A stretch of 63,719 nucleotides of DNA, the filler included, from Stramenopiles sp. TOSAG23-2 (lineage: Eukaryota): the NCBI GenBank assembly GCA_900128395.1. It is 9 parts of 9 records of this genome, joined end to end, with 100 filler letters (N's around TTAATTAATTAA, not from the genome) between each part and the next. Parts side by side here need not be neighbours in the genome. Positions count along the whole stretch, not along the records: positions 7,118 to 14,124 come from LT650371.1; positions 14,225 to 21,230 come from LT650372.1; positions 21,331 to 28,329 come from LT650373.1; 6 more parts are not named here. One strand, written 5' to 3'. Numbering within the stretch: the stretch's first letter is position 1; each line of letters starts with the position of its first letter. The position numbers were made by a program, and so were the translations under genes. Shown piece by piece: positions 11,568 to 22,219 of this stretch. The notes beneath the pieces were generated by a model. The model did not search any database and had not been told where the DNA came from. It was given only the letters and a program-made list of their open reading frames with translations.

Positions 11568-11940
11568 GATAAATTATTATTATTATTTTTTGATAATGAT
11601 GATGGTTATATGATGATAATGCTATTTTTTTTTGATGAAAATGACATATATATATATGTCTGTATCGATATATGCTATGATTAAAATGATAAATACGACT
11701 GATGGTGGTGATTATGTTTTATTTGCCCTTACTATTATATTGTAATCTGTTCCAGTCTGTTCTCACGACTTTTGTTTTCTGCCGATTTGCAACAACAACA
11801 ATATATATATATATATGCAACATATCTTCTTTTATAATTATTTAAATTAGAAATGACCCGATATTATATCTAATAGTAATACGTGTTAATATTGGTCCCA
11901 CTTCGTACTTATTATATACTAAATAATATACCATCTCTAT

Positions 11941-14124
11941 CAAATATTTATATAATGCTATTTCTACCTTGTATGCATATTCTCCATCGTCCCTTAATAT
12001 ATAGCATCTAAATACAATGGCACACAACGATAATCTCCTTTTCTCCATCGTCCCTTAATAAATAATAAGGATGGCAAATGGTATGTCCATAGTAATATAT
12101 GTAAATACAATGTAAATGGCCCTTGCACCTTGCACAACGATTTTCAGATTCGTCACATCACATATTCTACATATAGGAATTATATCTTATTAAGAGGTAG
12201 TAAGACACTACGGCCAAATTTTAATTTTCCACGACATGATTTTCTCGTTTTTTTCTTCTCAGAAAATATGAATGTTTTACACACACACATATATATAAAT
12301 ATATATGTGCACATTGATGATGACATATAGATGGAGATAATGTATATATAAAACACAAAGAGAGAGAAAGGACAAGAAGAATGATGGACCATCAATTTAA
12401 AACAGATGCATCCAATGCAACGTTAAATCCATTGTATGTACAAAAAAATCCAACTATAGAATCACCACCAACACCGCCACCAGCAACAACAAAATTATCG
12501 TATTATTGGCACATTTTTCGTGCGATATTGTTTTTAATCATCCCAATTATTATATTATGGATAATACCATATTACAATGTGTCTGTATATATATGGTCAT
12601 ATTATGTACTTATCACACAAGCAACGATATTGTGTACTATAATAGATGAAAAGAATAATATTCATAAACGTCTTGTCATATTTATGATATTGTTTCTAGT
12701 AATATCCATTATTATTTCTCTTATACCAGATACGATGGTTCATAACAAAGAAACATATGCGTTAAAAAATAATTATAAATCATGTGAATGGTATACGAAG
12801 GAGGAGTTACCAATATGTGATGGATATTTCAAAAATGGCGTTAGTAAAATATTGGCAACGCCAACAAAAGACAAGGGAGGGAAATCAATGTCACGTGATG
12901 GTATTCTCAAGCTCATGAAGTTGTTGAATAGTTTTTTAGTCGGTAGTGGTAATTCGTTTGATGACCAGTGTCCAATAATAACGAGTTTTGTGTGCCAAAG
13001 TATCATTTCGCCGTGTAACAGTGCCTGCCAACCATCGAAAATGTCTTCAGCATGGTGTATCGAAACGATAACTAATGATTGTATCAAAGAAAAAGTAAAC
13101 TCCGATATATCAAAATTAAATTCATATTTTTCATATACGTTTTTATCAGATCCAAATGATAATGAAATATTAAAAGTTTTGCTTAATGAATCAATTACAC
13201 ATTATCTAAAAGCAGACAAAACCACTTCAATGTCATTTTGTAATGATCAAAATTTATTTGGTTCATCTACTGTATTAATATCGAATTACAATTGTACAAA
13301 TCGTGATGTAATTCCTGGATCAGCAATATTTACCTCCAACAAAACAATAATATTTCGTGTTGTATATACTTTGTTTATTATAAATAAATATATTTACCAC
13401 GACGTGTGCACGTGTGAGTGATTTATAAAAAATCAAAAATCAAATATTTATACAATGCTATTTCCACCTTGTATGCTATATTCTCCATCGTCCCTTAATA
13501 AATAATAAGGATAGTAATTGGTAATATATATTAGCATGTAAATACAATGTAAATGGCACCACAACGATTTTCAGATTCGTCACATCACATATAGGAATTA
13601 TATCTTATTAAGAGGTAGTAAGACACTACGACCAAATTTTAATTTTCAGTTTTTTCCACGAATTATCGTAAATCAAAAGTACGAGAGAAAATGAATCCTT
13701 GCCTCACCATTTTCGAATGAACCTGACGTCCAGCTCGTTCAACGAGAACGAACATGGAAAGATAGAAACCTGCTCGTGTGCTTGTATGAATATTAGAGAG
13801 AGTGCAGGGCGTGCTTCACTATCTATATATATTAGATAGTCGGATAAACCTCCATTTCTTGGATCGAGTATTGAGTATATATGCATATATATATATTTAC
13901 CACGACGTGTGAGTGATGTATAAAAAATCAAAATCAAATATTTATACAATGCTATTTCCACCTTGTATGCTATATTCTCCATCATCCCTTAATAAATAAG
14001 AAGGATAGCAAATGGTATGTCCATAGTAATATATTAGCATGTAAATACAATGTAAATGGCCCTTGCACAACAACGATTTTCAGATTCGTCACATCACATA
14101 TAGGAATTATATCTTATTAAGAGG
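11941..14124. repeat. Three diverged copies of a ~200-290 bp segment (about 11941-12230, 13388-13650 and 13892-14124)
   Basis: Shared CAAATATTTATA.AATGCTATTTC.ACCTTGTATGC...ACAACGATTTTCAGATTCGTCACATCACAT...AGGAATTATATCTTATTAAGAGG with indels between copies. Confidence 0.9.
12381..13421 (+). CDS. Multi-TM membrane protein with Cys-rich (Frizzled CRD-like) loop, apparently truncated
   Basis: Three hydrophobic segments, then C...C...CPIITSFVCQSIISPCNSACQPSKMSSAWC...C. The ORF terminates inside a repeat copy. Confidence 0.55.
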   Translation: MMDHQFKTDASNATLNPLYVQKNPTIESPPTPPPATTKLSYYWHIFRAILFLIIPIIILWIIPYYNVSVYIWSYYVLITQATILCTIIDEKNNIHKRLVIFMILFLVISIIISLIPDTMVHNKETYALKNNYKSCEWYTKEELPICDGYFKNGVSKILATPTKDKGGKSMSRDGILKLMKLLNSFLVGSGNSFDDQCPIITSFVCQSIISPCNSACQPSKMSSAWCIETITNDCIKEKVNSDISKLNSYFSYTFLSDPNDNEILKVLLNESITHYLKADKTTSMSFCNDQNLFGSSTVLISNYNCTNRDVIPGSAIFTSNKTIIFRVVYTLFIINKYIYHDVCTCE

Positions 14125-14224
14125 NNNNNNNNNNNNNNNNNNNNNNNNNNNNNNNNNNNNNNNNNNNNTTAATTAATTAANNNNNNNNNNNNNNNNNNNN
14201 NNNNNNNNNNNNNNNNNNNNNNNN
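14125..14224. other. Artificial contig linker
   Basis: 44N-TTAATTAATTAA-44N. Confidence 0.98.
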
Positions 14225-14314
14225 TCAATGTTAATATACATTCACCAGTATCAACATTCCATACACGTATTGTATTATCAGACGGCCTCTGTTTTTTGAT
14301 GCACCACCACCCAT
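14225..14314 (-). CDS. WD40-repeat gene fragment at contig edge
   Basis: Minus strand 14282-14226 reads SDNTIRVWNVDTGECILTL, a canonical WD40 repeat. An upstream ATG (14314) gives MGGGASK in a different frame. Confidence 0.6.
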
Positions 14315-15200
14315 CGTTTGAGATAATGTTTATACGAATATTATAATTTTATACAACTGTGTACAATATGTATTTATATAATCTTATACATTGAAGAAAT
14401 GTAGCAATATATCGTAGGTACAATCTTTCTACATAGCTATTTGTAAGAATCATTCATTCATTTTTAATATATGTCTATATCTGTTATCTGTTGGATCGTT
14501 GGATCTTGGATCTAATTTTTATTAAGGTGCTTTGTCACCACACCGATCTTTTTATACTTCTTTTTACCAAAATGTGTCCTGTCCTTAATTGAATTAATCT
14601 GGCAACCGCTGAGTCTACCCAGCTTCCCAGCTGAGATTTCCTGTCCTGTTTCATGTTAGAATAGGCGTAAATAGGACGAAGATTATACTTAAATATATTT
14701 ACACTACAAAAATATCAGGGATTGTTTCTAAATTTTCCTTCTCTTTTCGTCATCTTTTCATAATATAAAAAATACACCGAATCGCAACATTATTTGTAGA
14801 TATGGTTGCTAATGCACAAAAACAATTATTTTTTTTTTATTTGTGTTGAATTCATGCACAATCTTGTAATCTTGTGTGCGTGGATTTTTATTTTTTACAA
14901 AAAAACACAGTGCAGCCGTGCAGCCGTGCAGCCCCCCTTGTGTATATTTTTTCTTCTCTTTCTGAACGATTGTATATTTTACTTTTATAATAAATAAAGA
15001 AAAGGAAATCTACCAATAAAGAAAAGGAATAATTTCATTATATTTTATTTTTTGTAAAATTATTTTATAACACTTTAAGATTTTATAACACCATTAAATA
15101 TATGTGTTTTTCTCTTACTCCATTAAATATATACATTTTATTTTATAAAATCATCTCTCCCCATCATTATCTCCCTCCCTAAAAAAATACACCCCGTATA

Positions 15201-17132
15201 TCATACACTCGGTTTGATATCGACAGCCTCCCAATGAGGATGGCAAACACCATCATATTTTTGTTGATAAGATGGGTTGCATCCGGTTGGCATATCTGCC
15301 GTATTGACAGCCATAATATCATTTGGTTCATCAAATGGTGTAATACGTACTTCTGAAATTTTAGTTGTTTTACTATATGTTTGACCATCCCCTGGTACAC
15401 CACCATCCCAATCATTTGGTCTTCCATTCCAAATTGCATTTTTTTGACCAAATGGATACCAATGTGCTATGAAAAATCGTGAACCACGTGTTGGAACAAA
15501 TGCATTATTTGTTCCTAAGTAAATATCGTCTACGTAAAATTCCGTCCATCCTGGTTTCTCTTTCTCACCAGTATGCCATACGATGGTATAATTGTGATAT
15601 TGGCCATCACCAATTAATTGAAATGGTTTTCCATCTTTTGCTGATGTTACTTTTACACATCCATTGCTATATGATGGTCCAGTACCAGAATTTTGAGAAT
15701 AAATATAATTATTAATATTGCTTGTAGAATAATCACCTGTACAACTTTTTGCACCGGCTACACCGGGGACGTCTCTATTACATACATTTGGTGTCGCTGC
15801 ACAATTTGCTGGAATTTCAATATCTATTTCATGATTTACAGTTGTTTCCCATCCACCGAATGTATTATTACCAAGAAATTGCGGATCACTTTCCACATGT
15901 TGCTCACCACATTGTTTTGGTGTCATTAATGGTGGTGCTGGTGGTGGTATTGGATTCCATCCATCTGTATTATTATCACATAAATCTTTATATTTGCAAG
16001 GACGAAATGTTCCATCTGCTCTAAATTCACATTTATCAGCAACTTCAACTTCTCTACTTGGCATGTTTTCACACCAACATACATATTTTGAACAATCATT
16101 TGGTAAATGTTCTTCATAATGAAATGTCCATATTGCCCAAACCAACCCACTCGCATTTGCTACATTTGCAATTACTTCATATCGTCCACTACCATATATA
16201 TTTGCACTTACAACGGCACCATTTGATGTAACATCTTTACGACATCTTGGACCTGGGCATAGACTTGGATTGTCCTCACTCCATGCCGTCAATGCTAATA
16301 CATTTTTCTCCACACCATTTACCACATCTTTTATAACATTTATATTTTTACCAAATTTATTTGTTTTATTATATTTATCTTCATCGCAACAACCTTTAAC
16401 TTTTGCTACGTAAAATGATGTTGATTTCAATCCATCGGAAAAATCTTCCACAAAAGGTGTTGTTGAGCGGTAATATTGTAACTTTGGATCAGTTTCTGTT
16501 GCTGTTAAATTTGGCCAACCACATCTATCTATTGTTCCTGCACTATCTCTAGCTTTTTCTACACCGTTAAATTTTCGTAATTTATCATCGTATGATTGTA
16601 AAAAATCTGGATCTGCATATAGATGTATAGCACCATGTAAATCATCCATATTAACATTTATTATATAATCACCAGAAACGAATTTATCCGACCACGTATT
16701 AATTAAATCATACCATTTTGGTGGGTTATTTATATATGCTTGTGATTGTGGTGGATTTTTCCATAATACGCTACTATTTTTCTCAGAAATGTATTTTGGG
16801 TTATAAGGAACTGCCTGCTTGAGGTTTGCGGAAGGAACTGCCTGCTTGAGGTTTGTGGAAGGAACTGCCTGCTTGAGGTTTGTGGAGCGAAGTGTATTTC
16901 GAACAGCCTGCTTGAGGTTTGTGGAACGAAGTTTATTTTCAACATCAGTATTTGTTTTGGTATTGATTGTTGGAACTGCCTGCTTAAGGTTTGTGGAGCG
17001 AAGTGTATTTCCAATATCAGTAATTGTTTTGGTATTGATTGTTGTTATCGTATGGCATGAAACAAATATTATTATTGTAAACAATAATATTAAAATTTGT
17101 GATAATGATAATAACGATAATTTGAGAATCAT
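15201..17132 (-). CDS. Secreted glycoside hydrolase family 16 (beta-glucanase/laminarinase-like)
   Basis: Signal peptide, YGSGRYEV, GLVWAIW, catalytic HEIDIE, DGQYHNYTIVW and FYVDD. N-terminal STNLKQAVP repeats (16808-17040). Confidence 0.85.
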   Translation of the reverse strand: MILKLSLLSLSQILILLFTIIIFVSCHTITTINTKTITDIGNTLRSTNLKQAVPTINTKTNTDVENKLRSTNLKQAVRNTLRSTNLKQAVPSTNLKQAVPSANLKQAVPYNPKYISEKNSSVLWKNPPQSQAYINNPPKWYDLINTWSDKFVSGDYIINVNMDDLHGAIHLYADPDFLQSYDDKLRKFNGVEKARDSAGTIDRCGWPNLTATETDPKLQYYRSTTPFVEDFSDGLKSTSFYVAKVKGCCDEDKYNKTNKFGKNINVIKDVVNGVEKNVLALTAWSEDNPSLCPGPRCRKDVTSNGAVVSANIYGSGRYEVIANVANASGLVWAIWTFHYEEHLPNDCSKYVCWCENMPSREVEVADKCEFRADGTFRPCKYKDLCDNNTDGWNPIPPPAPPLMTPKQCGEQHVESDPQFLGNNTFGGWETTVNHEIDIEIPANCAATPNVCNRDVPGVAGAKSCTGDYSTSNINNYIYSQNSGTGPSYSNGCVKVTSAKDGKPFQLIGDGQYHNYTIVWHTGEKEKPGWTEFYVDDIYLGTNNAFVPTRGSRFFIAHWYPFGQKNAIWNGRPNDWDGGVPGDGQTYSKTTKISEVRITPFDEPNDIMAVNTADMPTGCNPSYQQKYDGVCHPHWEAVDIKPSV

Positions 17133-17582
17133 TTTATTAATATAATATATCTATATATTTTGTATTGTAATAATATATATATTTTGCAAACACTAAACAA
17201 AAATTTTTTCATATACGTTTATTAATATTAATATAAATATATATATCCAGTTGCAAAAAAGATATATATATATATTTGTTCTGATATCTATATTTTCTTC
17301 TACACATTCAATCATACTGTTATTTTTCTAATATAAACGTTTATTTTGATGGGAAAAGTTATGTATGTGGTCCAAATGGCTCTTCTTTATCTCCTATAAA
17401 TAACAATAATAAATAATGAATAAGAGGAATGAATCAACAATAGAAGAAAAAATAAAACAAACAAAAAATAGCAGTAAAAATAGAGTGTGCAATTAAAATT
17501 ATTAGTAGGGGGAAAGATTAATACGTTCAATTTACATAAGAATATATATATATATATACAATATATTGAATTAAAAAATAAT

Positions 17583-18377
17583 ATGTTTCATCAATTAATT
17601 AAAATTCATAGTAAAAAATTAATATCAACATCTTCTTTGTTCAAACGTAATATTAGTTCAGATTCACGTATATTTGCAAAATATACTATTTACAAAAATA
17701 GCGGTGCGTTAGGTATTGCACCAATTAACCCAACATGGAAGCAAATATCGGGAGATTCGTATACCGTGGAAAAGCCTGGTGTATTATTGCTTGAATTTGC
17801 AAAAGCACGTGGTGAACGACAATATGACTGGAATAATAAACAATTCTTTGCAATTAGTGTGACAGAAATGGGAGATATGGTTGCTAATTTATCACGTGGG
17901 GAAGGTGTGAATTTCTTTCATGATTCCGGAAAAATCGGTGGTGGAGGTGGTGACTATGGTGGTGGTGGTGGAAATGGGAAAGCATTCCGTGCAGATTTAT
18001 CTCCAGATGGTAACGTTTGGTTCTTTTCATTGACTGATAAAAATAAAGATAAATGGTTAGTACCTGTATCAATGGGTGAATTTGTAGTTATGAGACAAAT
18101 TATGCAAGCAGCAATACCATCTTTTCTTGGAATAGATAAAGCATTACAACAAATATCAATAGATGATGGTGAATCCTCGTCATCATTTAATAATAATACA
18201 TTTGGTGGTAATAGTAATTATAATAGTAACAGTAGTAGCAATAATAATAATAATAATAATATGATGATGAGTAATGATGATGATACGAGTGGTAACAATG
18301 ATGATTCAAGAGCAGGAAATACATCTACTACGGGTACAAAATCAACTGTCGGTAGTAATTGGTTGGATCAATTGTAA
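17583..18377 (+). CDS. WHY: Whirly-family ssDNA-binding protein with mitochondrial-type transit peptide
   Basis: YTIYKNSGALGIAP...GVLLLEFAKARGERQYDWNNKQFFAISVTEMG...FFHD...VPVSMGEFVVM...IPSFLG matches the Whirly domain. Basic, Ser-rich, acid-free N-terminus from ATG 17583. Confidence 0.88.
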   Translation: MFHQLIKIHSKKLISTSSLFKRNISSDSRIFAKYTIYKNSGALGIAPINPTWKQISGDSYTVEKPGVLLLEFAKARGERQYDWNNKQFFAISVTEMGDMVANLSRGEGVNFFHDSGKIGGGGGDYGGGGGNGKAFRADLSPDGNVWFFSLTDKNKDKWLVPVSMGEFVVMRQIMQAAIPSFLGIDKALQQISIDDGESSSSFNNNTFGGNSNYNSNSSSNNNNNNNMMMSNDDDTSGNNDDSRAGNTSTTGTKSTVGSNWLDQL

Positions 18378-18500
18378 TATATATATTATCATAAGAAGAG
18401 CAAGAGAGATTTATTAATATTTTAAATTTACGTAGAAGAGTGTATGTGTGTGTATAATGTCTGTGGTATTAAATGTGGTGTGTACACAATTTGCTGTTAT

Positions 18501-18977
18501 TTATATTACACTATCTAGATCTTTTACAGTTTTCTCATCATCTTTCACATTTCCAGTATTTAATGTTGTTTTTGGTTCCAATAATATTATTTCACATTCT
18601 TCATCTGCACATGGGCAATGTTCAACTTTTTTTGGTATGATAATATATTCACCTTGATTCACAATCTCCACACGTTCAACTGGATCTTTTATTTTCATTT
18701 TTAATTGTCCTTTCGTTACTAAAAACAATTCATCTTCCACATCATGATGATGCCATACAAAATCACCTTGTACTTTGACTAATTTTAAATGCATATTATT
18801 AATTTCACCAGCTATTTTTGGACTCCAATGATCGGAAAAAGTATTAAATAATGTATTTAAATTTTGTGTCATTGGTTTATTATCATCTGTACTAGTGCTA
18901 TTAGTACTAAACATTCGTTGTCTCATTACTGATGGATAAAATTTTTTATTCCATTTTATTATATTACGAAGAAACAT
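18501..18977 (-). CDS. Bacterial-type cupin_2 protein with mitochondrial-type presequence
   Basis: FSDHWSPKIAGEIN...KLVKVQGDFVWHHHDVEDELFLV...IIPKKVEHCP...ILLEP..TLNTG. N-terminal MFLRNIIKW...RQRMFS. Confidence 0.88.
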   Translation of the reverse strand: MFLRNIIKWNKKFYPSVMRQRMFSTNSTSTDDNKPMTQNLNTLFNTFSDHWSPKIAGEINNMHLKLVKVQGDFVWHHHDVEDELFLVTKGQLKMKIKDPVERVEIVNQGEYIIIPKKVEHCPCADEECEIILLEPKTTLNTGNVKDDEKTVKDLDSVI

Positions 18978-19335
18978 ATTTTGTTTTAGTTACCACTACT
19001 AATACTAACTTTTACAAATTAACTCTTCCTATGATATATATGTACACCGTATCGATAATTGTTCAATCTTAATGAGTGAACGGGATGGACGGCAATCTTT
19101 CTATGTGTTTGCACAAGTTTTCAAAAATAAAAGTAATACATAAAAAATCTTTTTTTTTCGCTCTTTCGCGTCCTCATTTTTCACCTTAATTACACATCCA
19201 ATGCTATTCGTATGTATTCACACCCATGCCAGGAAAATACCACTAGGCTTAGGAAATTCGAGATAATTTGATATATATACAAAAAATTTGGTATCTCTTA
19301 TAAGAAAGATCGGTAACAGATCAAAACAAATACCT

Positions 19336-19408
19336 GGGGGTCTAGCTCAAATGGTAGAGCGCACGCTTTGCATGCGTGAGGCAAGGGGATCGATGCCCCT
19401 GTCCTCCA
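19336..19408 (+). tRNA. trnA-UGC: tRNA-Ala (anticodon TGC)
   Basis: Cloverleaf GGGGGTC/GTCCTCC-A with G3:U70, D arm GCTC/GAGC, anticodon arm CACGC-TTTGCAT-GCGTG and T arm AGGGG-ATCGATG-CCCCT. Followed by an oligo-T Pol III terminator. Confidence 0.95.
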
Positions 19409-19938
19409 AACGTTCTTTTTTGCCTTTCTTTATGCATTGGTTAAGTTCTACGCTTCATGATCTGTAAGATGTGCTAATTTTTATGTCAATTGAGTGTCTA
19501 GAACTGGAGAAATGTCCCAAAGAGAACGATTCTGAATTATTTTCTTCTTCTTTCCATGCTTCCTGGAGGAATACCATGGATCTTGATGTTCTCCAGCCTG
19601 TTCTTTTACTTCATTAACAGAAAGATAATCATACACGTAATGGCAGAGCATAATAACTTGATGAAGAAGAAGTATTTACAGCAATTGTTACACACTCATC
19701 TCCGTCAACCTTTCATCTATTTCACTTCTTTTAAAATTGAACATGTAAATGCTGATGTCGAAGGTAAAATACCTTAATTGTTATTTATATCCTTAATTCA
19801 ACATGCTAGACACTACCAATTATGTACTTGATTGATTAGTATATAGGTATTACAAGCTACAAACTACAAACCGTGTTGATAAAATAGTTGGATTGTGGCA
19901 CTATTTTTTATTTAAGTTACAGATCAAAACAAACACCT

Positions 19939-20010
19939 GGGGGTCTAGCTCAAATGGTAGAGCGCACGCTTTACACGCGTGAGGCAAGGGGACCTCGCCC
20001 CTGTCCTCCA
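19939..20010 (+). pseudogene. tRNA-Ala-derived copy with TAC (Val) anticodon and altered T loop: probable pseudogene, possible allo-tRNA
   Basis: Stems are identical to the upstream tRNA-Ala. Anticodon loop TTTACAC. T loop ACCTCG (6 nt) instead of ATCGATG. Confidence 0.8.
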
Positions 20011-20806
20011 AACGTTCTTTTTTGCCTTTCTTTATGCATTGGTTAAGTTCTACGCTTCATGATCTGTAAGATGTGCTAATTTTTATGTCAATTGAGTGTC
20101 TAGAACTGGAGAAATGTTCCAAAGAGAACGATTCTGAATTATTTTCTTCTTCTTTCCATGCTTCCTGGAGGAATACCATGGATCTTGATGTTCTCCAGCC
20201 TGTTCTTTTACTTCATTAACAAAAAGATAATCATACACGTAATGGCAGAGCATAATAACTTGATGAAGAAGAAGTATTTACAGCAATTGTTACACACTCG
20301 TCTCCGTCAACCTTTCATCTATTTCACTTCTAATTGTTATATTAATATAGGCAATCCAATACACCTGACACTACCAATTATGTACTTAATTGATTAGTAT
20401 ATAGGTGTTAAATGCCGCTACGACACTACTACCAAATACGTACTGTTTTCTGTAGCATGAACACAGTAGCTAGCATAGAGCATATTTAGAGGTGATATGT
20501 GCTTCTGATCAGTAATCGGATTAACACTACGTTAATCCATACTTACTCTTCTCAATTTCCATGTAGCTAGCATATACACAGCACCGACTACGTCCATCAC
20601 ATTGCCACCACTTTACAAAATTATTTCAAAAAACATTTTTTGTTTTTTTTTTTTGAAAAACAACACACACAATTTTTTCCCATTGTAAATAGTGTTAATT
20701 GACATAAATATAAAAAAAAATAAATTTATCAAAACAAAAACATATATAGAACAACAATACAAACAGATAAACACATAAACAACCATATTCAAAATAACAA
20801 AAAATT

Positions 20807-20928
20807 ACAAAAAGTTTTACGAACGAGTGAAGTCATTGGCACGCAAATATGTATTTGGGCCGAAATCAATTTCGGCCCAAAAAATAATTTTGCGTGCCAT
20901 GACTTTACTCGTTCGTAAAACATTTTGT
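20807..20928. repeat. ~120-bp foldback (long imperfect palindrome), MITE-like
   Basis: GTTTTACGAACGAGTGAAGTCATTGGCACGCAAA pairs with TTTGCGTGCCATGACTTTACTCGTTCGTAAAAC. Central TTTGGGCCGAAAT-CA-ATTTCGGCCCAAA. Related core TGACCGAAAT-CA-ATTTCGGTCA at 21066-21087. Confidence 0.9.
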
Positions 20929-21230
20929 ATTTATTTTTTTTTCTCTGGGATTTTCTGTAGAATTTGCTCTATTCGATTCTATTAACAAAGTGGACTTTGT
21001 TAATATCATTTTGTATGTCAAATGTCCGCTTTGGATGGAGTGTATGAGTGTATTTTTTTCGGGAGTGACCGAAATCAATTTCGGTCAGAACAAAATTCGA
21101 CAATTATTAAAAATACAAGGGATTATCATAGTAAATTCTGTAGTAATCTTGACGAAAACAATCGTTAGAAAAAAAAAATAAAAATTTAACGATATTTGGA
21201 TAAATAGGGTCAATTTATACTAACAAATTA

Positions 21231-21330
21231 NNNNNNNNNNNNNNNNNNNNNNNNNNNNNNNNNNNNNNNNNNNNTTAATTAATTAANNNNNNNNNNNNNN
21301 NNNNNNNNNNNNNNNNNNNNNNNNNNNNNN
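21231..21330. other. Artificial contig linker
   Basis: 44N-TTAATTAATTAA-44N. Confidence 0.98.
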
Positions 21331-21935
21331 CGTGATATGAATTTGACCTATGAATTATTGAGTAAAACGAGTCAATGATGTAGAGGAAGTAAAAGCAGAA
21401 AAATATGAATTTTCATTATATTTTTCCTGCGGTTCCGACATTGTTGTGGTTTAGTATATCTACGCTACTACTTTGTTGCGGATGTGTCAGGTCACTCACC
21501 TACCTACATTCCGGCCGCCGGTTGATGATGCAACACTTTTGCTTTGTCGCCGGTGAAGGATTTTTATCTTACGTAAAAATAATATATTCAATATTTTTTT
21601 ATACGCGCTGAGCATGCCTTAGGGCATGCTGAGCAAACCAGCCGGGCCAGCTGCCACCACCAACACAGCATAAGCACCATCAAATATAATAAATAATCAC
21701 ACCACAAAAATGTTTGTGTTTTTATAATATTAATATAATACATTAAACATTATTAGATATAACATAGATAGAATACATAGTGGCGGCAACGAAACAGAGA
21801 TTATCCGTTTGAATGCAATATATCACATATAGAGATATAACATTCTAAAAAAGCTTTAGCAATACTATTCAAATAATTATAACAATGAAATATGCAATGA
21901 CCACCTTTATGACAGTTGTCATGATGACAAGTATG

Positions 21936-22150
21936 ATATTATATAAAAAATAAAATACGATTCGTATAACAACGGGGGTACAAACTCGTAGATTTTAAAC
22001 ACATCTCATATATTTTACACACACACGCGCGCACACATATATATTATATAAAAAATAAAATACGATTCGTATAACAACGGGGGTACAAACTCGTAGATTT
22101 TAAACACATCTCATATATTTTACACACACACGCGCGCACACATATATATA
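21936..22150. repeat. 105-bp tandem duplication
   Basis: ATATAAAAAATAAAATACGATTCG... starts at 21941 and 22046. Confidence 0.92.
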
Positions 22151-22219
22151 TAAAGTAATAAAATATATTCTTGAGGGAACGAATTATAAAGCCGCGCTTT
22201 TTATTTTTTCAATCAGAGC

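Larger units (their letters stand above)
19316..20407. repeat. Tandem segmental duplication with 603-bp offset containing the tRNA gene
   Basis: 19316-19729 matches 19919-20331. 19809-19848 matches 20368-20407. Confidence 0.95.

Noticed and set aside
19556..20397. Duplicated 73/79-aa ORFs (MLPGGIPW...)
   Set aside because: No recognisable domain. They are by-products of the 603-bp duplication.
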